A stretch of 64,000 bases of DNA, from the NCBI RefSeq assembly GCF_009914755.1, contig NC_060931.1; one strand, 5' to 3'. The position numbers and the translations under genes are program-made. The notes beneath the pieces are model-generated. The model did no database searches, was not told where the DNA came from, and saw only the letters and a list, made by a program, of their open reading frames with translations. Shown one piece after another: positions 62,048 to 64,000 of this stretch; position 1 is the first letter of the stretch; each line of letters begins with the position of its first letter. The stretch is from the human T2T-CHM13v2.0 reference genome, Homo sapiens.

Positions 62048-63239
62048 TGATTCTATGTATTTCTGACATGATTATGTTATTTTTTACTCAGTTGTTTTCA
62101 TTCTTCTTCTCAATTCCTCTTATTATAGCTTCATTGGATCTATTCTCCCTTTGACATCTTCCAGTTTTTTCATTTTCAGAAAATTTTGTCTTTTCTTAGT
62201 TTCTTCTGAGTTCTGTCAACTCTTGTTTCTTATGGTTATGTTTTTATGTCTTTTTTGCTTTATGTTTTTAAAATGTTCTACTACAACCTAAAAACATCTG
62301 AAAATACTCACTTAAAGATATTTATTTCAGTTTAAGGTGTTGTATTTTATGGATGTCTTATGGTGAGAATTTTCATCATCTGAAATACTTGATTCTCACT
62401 TTCTGTTTTTTTTCTAATACTAACTTGCATAGATATTGTTGCTATTTTCTGTGCATTTTAAAATGTATTTATTTCTGCCAAACAATAGTAGGCAGATATG
62501 ATGGGTCTGGGTGGATTACCAGGTTTCTTATGAACATCCTTCGTTGGTATAATAAAGTGCAATTTAGAAAAGATGGTGTTCTTTTTTGTGGAGGAGGAGG
62601 TGTGGCTTGGAAAAGTGTGTATGTCTTCTGAATTTGAGAATTTTTTTTTGGTAGGACCTTAATTTTCACTGCTTATAATTCTTTCCCATGGTCACCAAGA
62701 CTAAAAAGTACTACCACCACTTTGAAGTTCTCTCTGACCTCAGAGTGGTACCTTCGTGAGAACCCAACCCCTGATTCGACACTCTTTTCTCTTTCTATTA
62801 CCCCCATTTCAGGGAAATCTGCCGGGTCTCAGACCTGTTCTAAGAATTTCTCCATTCAGTGTTGAACTCATTTTTGGAAGATTGTGTGATTTAATTTTTA
62901 TCACTGTTAACATCATAATGCACTTTATTTATTTAATTTTTCAGACTTCCTTTGTTGCTACTGTAGTACGTGCACTGAAGCTGGCTCTGCTGGATTTGAA
63001 GTGTTTGTTTTCCAACTCGCATGGAACTTTATGTTTGTAATATCCTCTGTCATGCACTAAGCATAGTTACATGTCAATTCATTTGCTCTCCTTGTTTTTC
63101 TGTATAGTTTTAGAAGGATTTATTAAAAGATTTAGATGTAGGTGACCGATACTGTCCTATAGATGTCCTGGAGGTTTTTATCTTTTATTTCTTCAGGGAT
63201 GTTTTTAAAATTGTTTTGAATCTTATTATTTCTTTTTAG

Positions 63240-63764
63240 AAGTTAGATATCAGGTAAAGTGCCTATATATTGACAGTAAGTCCTCTCTTATTTTTGCTGG
63301 CAACTTAAAAATTTTCTCTTTTCCTTCGTTTTCAGCACTTTTGCTATGATGGGCCTTCCATTTCCTCCTGCTTATGGTTCATGGCGCTTTTCAGTTTATG
63401 GCTTGATGTCTTTAATCAAACCATAAATATTCTCAACCATTATATTTTTAAATATTGAGGCTGACCCAGTTTCTCTCTGCTCTTCTTTTGCAACTCGAAT
63501 TACATGTATTTTAGGCCTCTTCTCTATACTCCTTGTCCTCTTCTTAGTATTTTTGTTCCTTTTATCTTCCTTTTTGATATTTTTTCTTTCTAGATATTTT
63601 TTCTGATCTGTCTTCATTTTACTATTTCTCTATTCAGAGTGCCTAATGTGCTATTAAACCCATTTATCAAGTTCTTAATTTCGGTTATAGTACTTTCCAT
63701 GTATAGAGTTTACATATTCTTATATTTTCTAGTTCTTTGCTGAAATTCTCAACATTTTCTTTTC
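63240..63764 (-). mobile_element. Ancient L1 ORF1 remnant
   Basis: ORF 63396-63617 KRPKIHVIRVAKEE...IFKNIMVENI resembles L1 ORF1p (KRPNLRLIGVPE...IIQENFP). Confidence 0.75.
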
Positions 63765-63877
63765 TAGGGTGACCAACCCTCTTGGTTTACCAGGAATGAG
63801 GGACTTCCTGGGACACAGGACTTTCAATACCAAAACTCAGAAAATTCCAGACAAATTGGAATGAATTGGTTATCCTA
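63765..63877. mobile_element. MER81 (hAT-Blackjack MITE)
   Basis: TAGGGTGACCAAC ... ATTGGTTATCCTA terminal inverted repeats, about 113 bp. Confidence 0.75.
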
Positions 63878-63959
63878 CTTTTATCTCCTTAAGCTTATTA
63901 AGGAGCATTATGTTAGAATCCGCCTTGTATAACCCCAACATATATAATCTATTTCTATC

Positions 63960-64000
63960 TTTTTTTTTTAGACGGGGTCTCGCTCTGTCACCAGGCTGGA
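63960..64000 (-). mobile_element. Alu 3' end, cut by the window edge
   Basis: ttttttagacggggtctcgctctgtcaccaggctgga. Confidence 0.9.

Overview
This is primate (human-like) genomic DNA, AT-rich and dominated by interspersed repeats. It contains about 20 Alu copies (J, S and Y types plus a FLAM, many with intact target-site duplications), old L1M/L1P fragments, L2, MIR, MaLR LTRs (MST/MLT1), DNA transposon fossils (MER1B, MER58A, MER20, Charlie4-like, Tigger4, Tigger1, MER81, MER115-like) and several microsatellites. I cannot support any protein-coding gene, RNA gene, CpG island or CRISPR array. The ORF track consists of Alu, L1, low-complexity or random ORFs; the only real protein remnants are dead L1 ORF1/ORF2 and Tigger1 transposase fragments. 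The region is intergenic or deep intronic, and I cannot name the locus. The best non-routine signals are: (i) a dense AP-1/NF-kB/ETS motif cluster at about 0.6-1.1 kb plus other candidate cis-regulatory patches in unique DNA, (ii) an old 242-bp tandem duplication, (iii) an AluJ whose 3' end and tail were duplicated into a ~460-bp polypyrimidine tract, (iv) a Tigger1 copy with three separate fold-back (template-switch-like) insertions that is fused by deletion to an Alu next to a twin-primed, inverted L1, and (v) a unique patch at 43.4-43.9 kb with a strong minus-strand splice donor. I found no convincing new biological system. Repeat subfamily names come from memory of consensus sequences, and boundaries of old elements are approximate.
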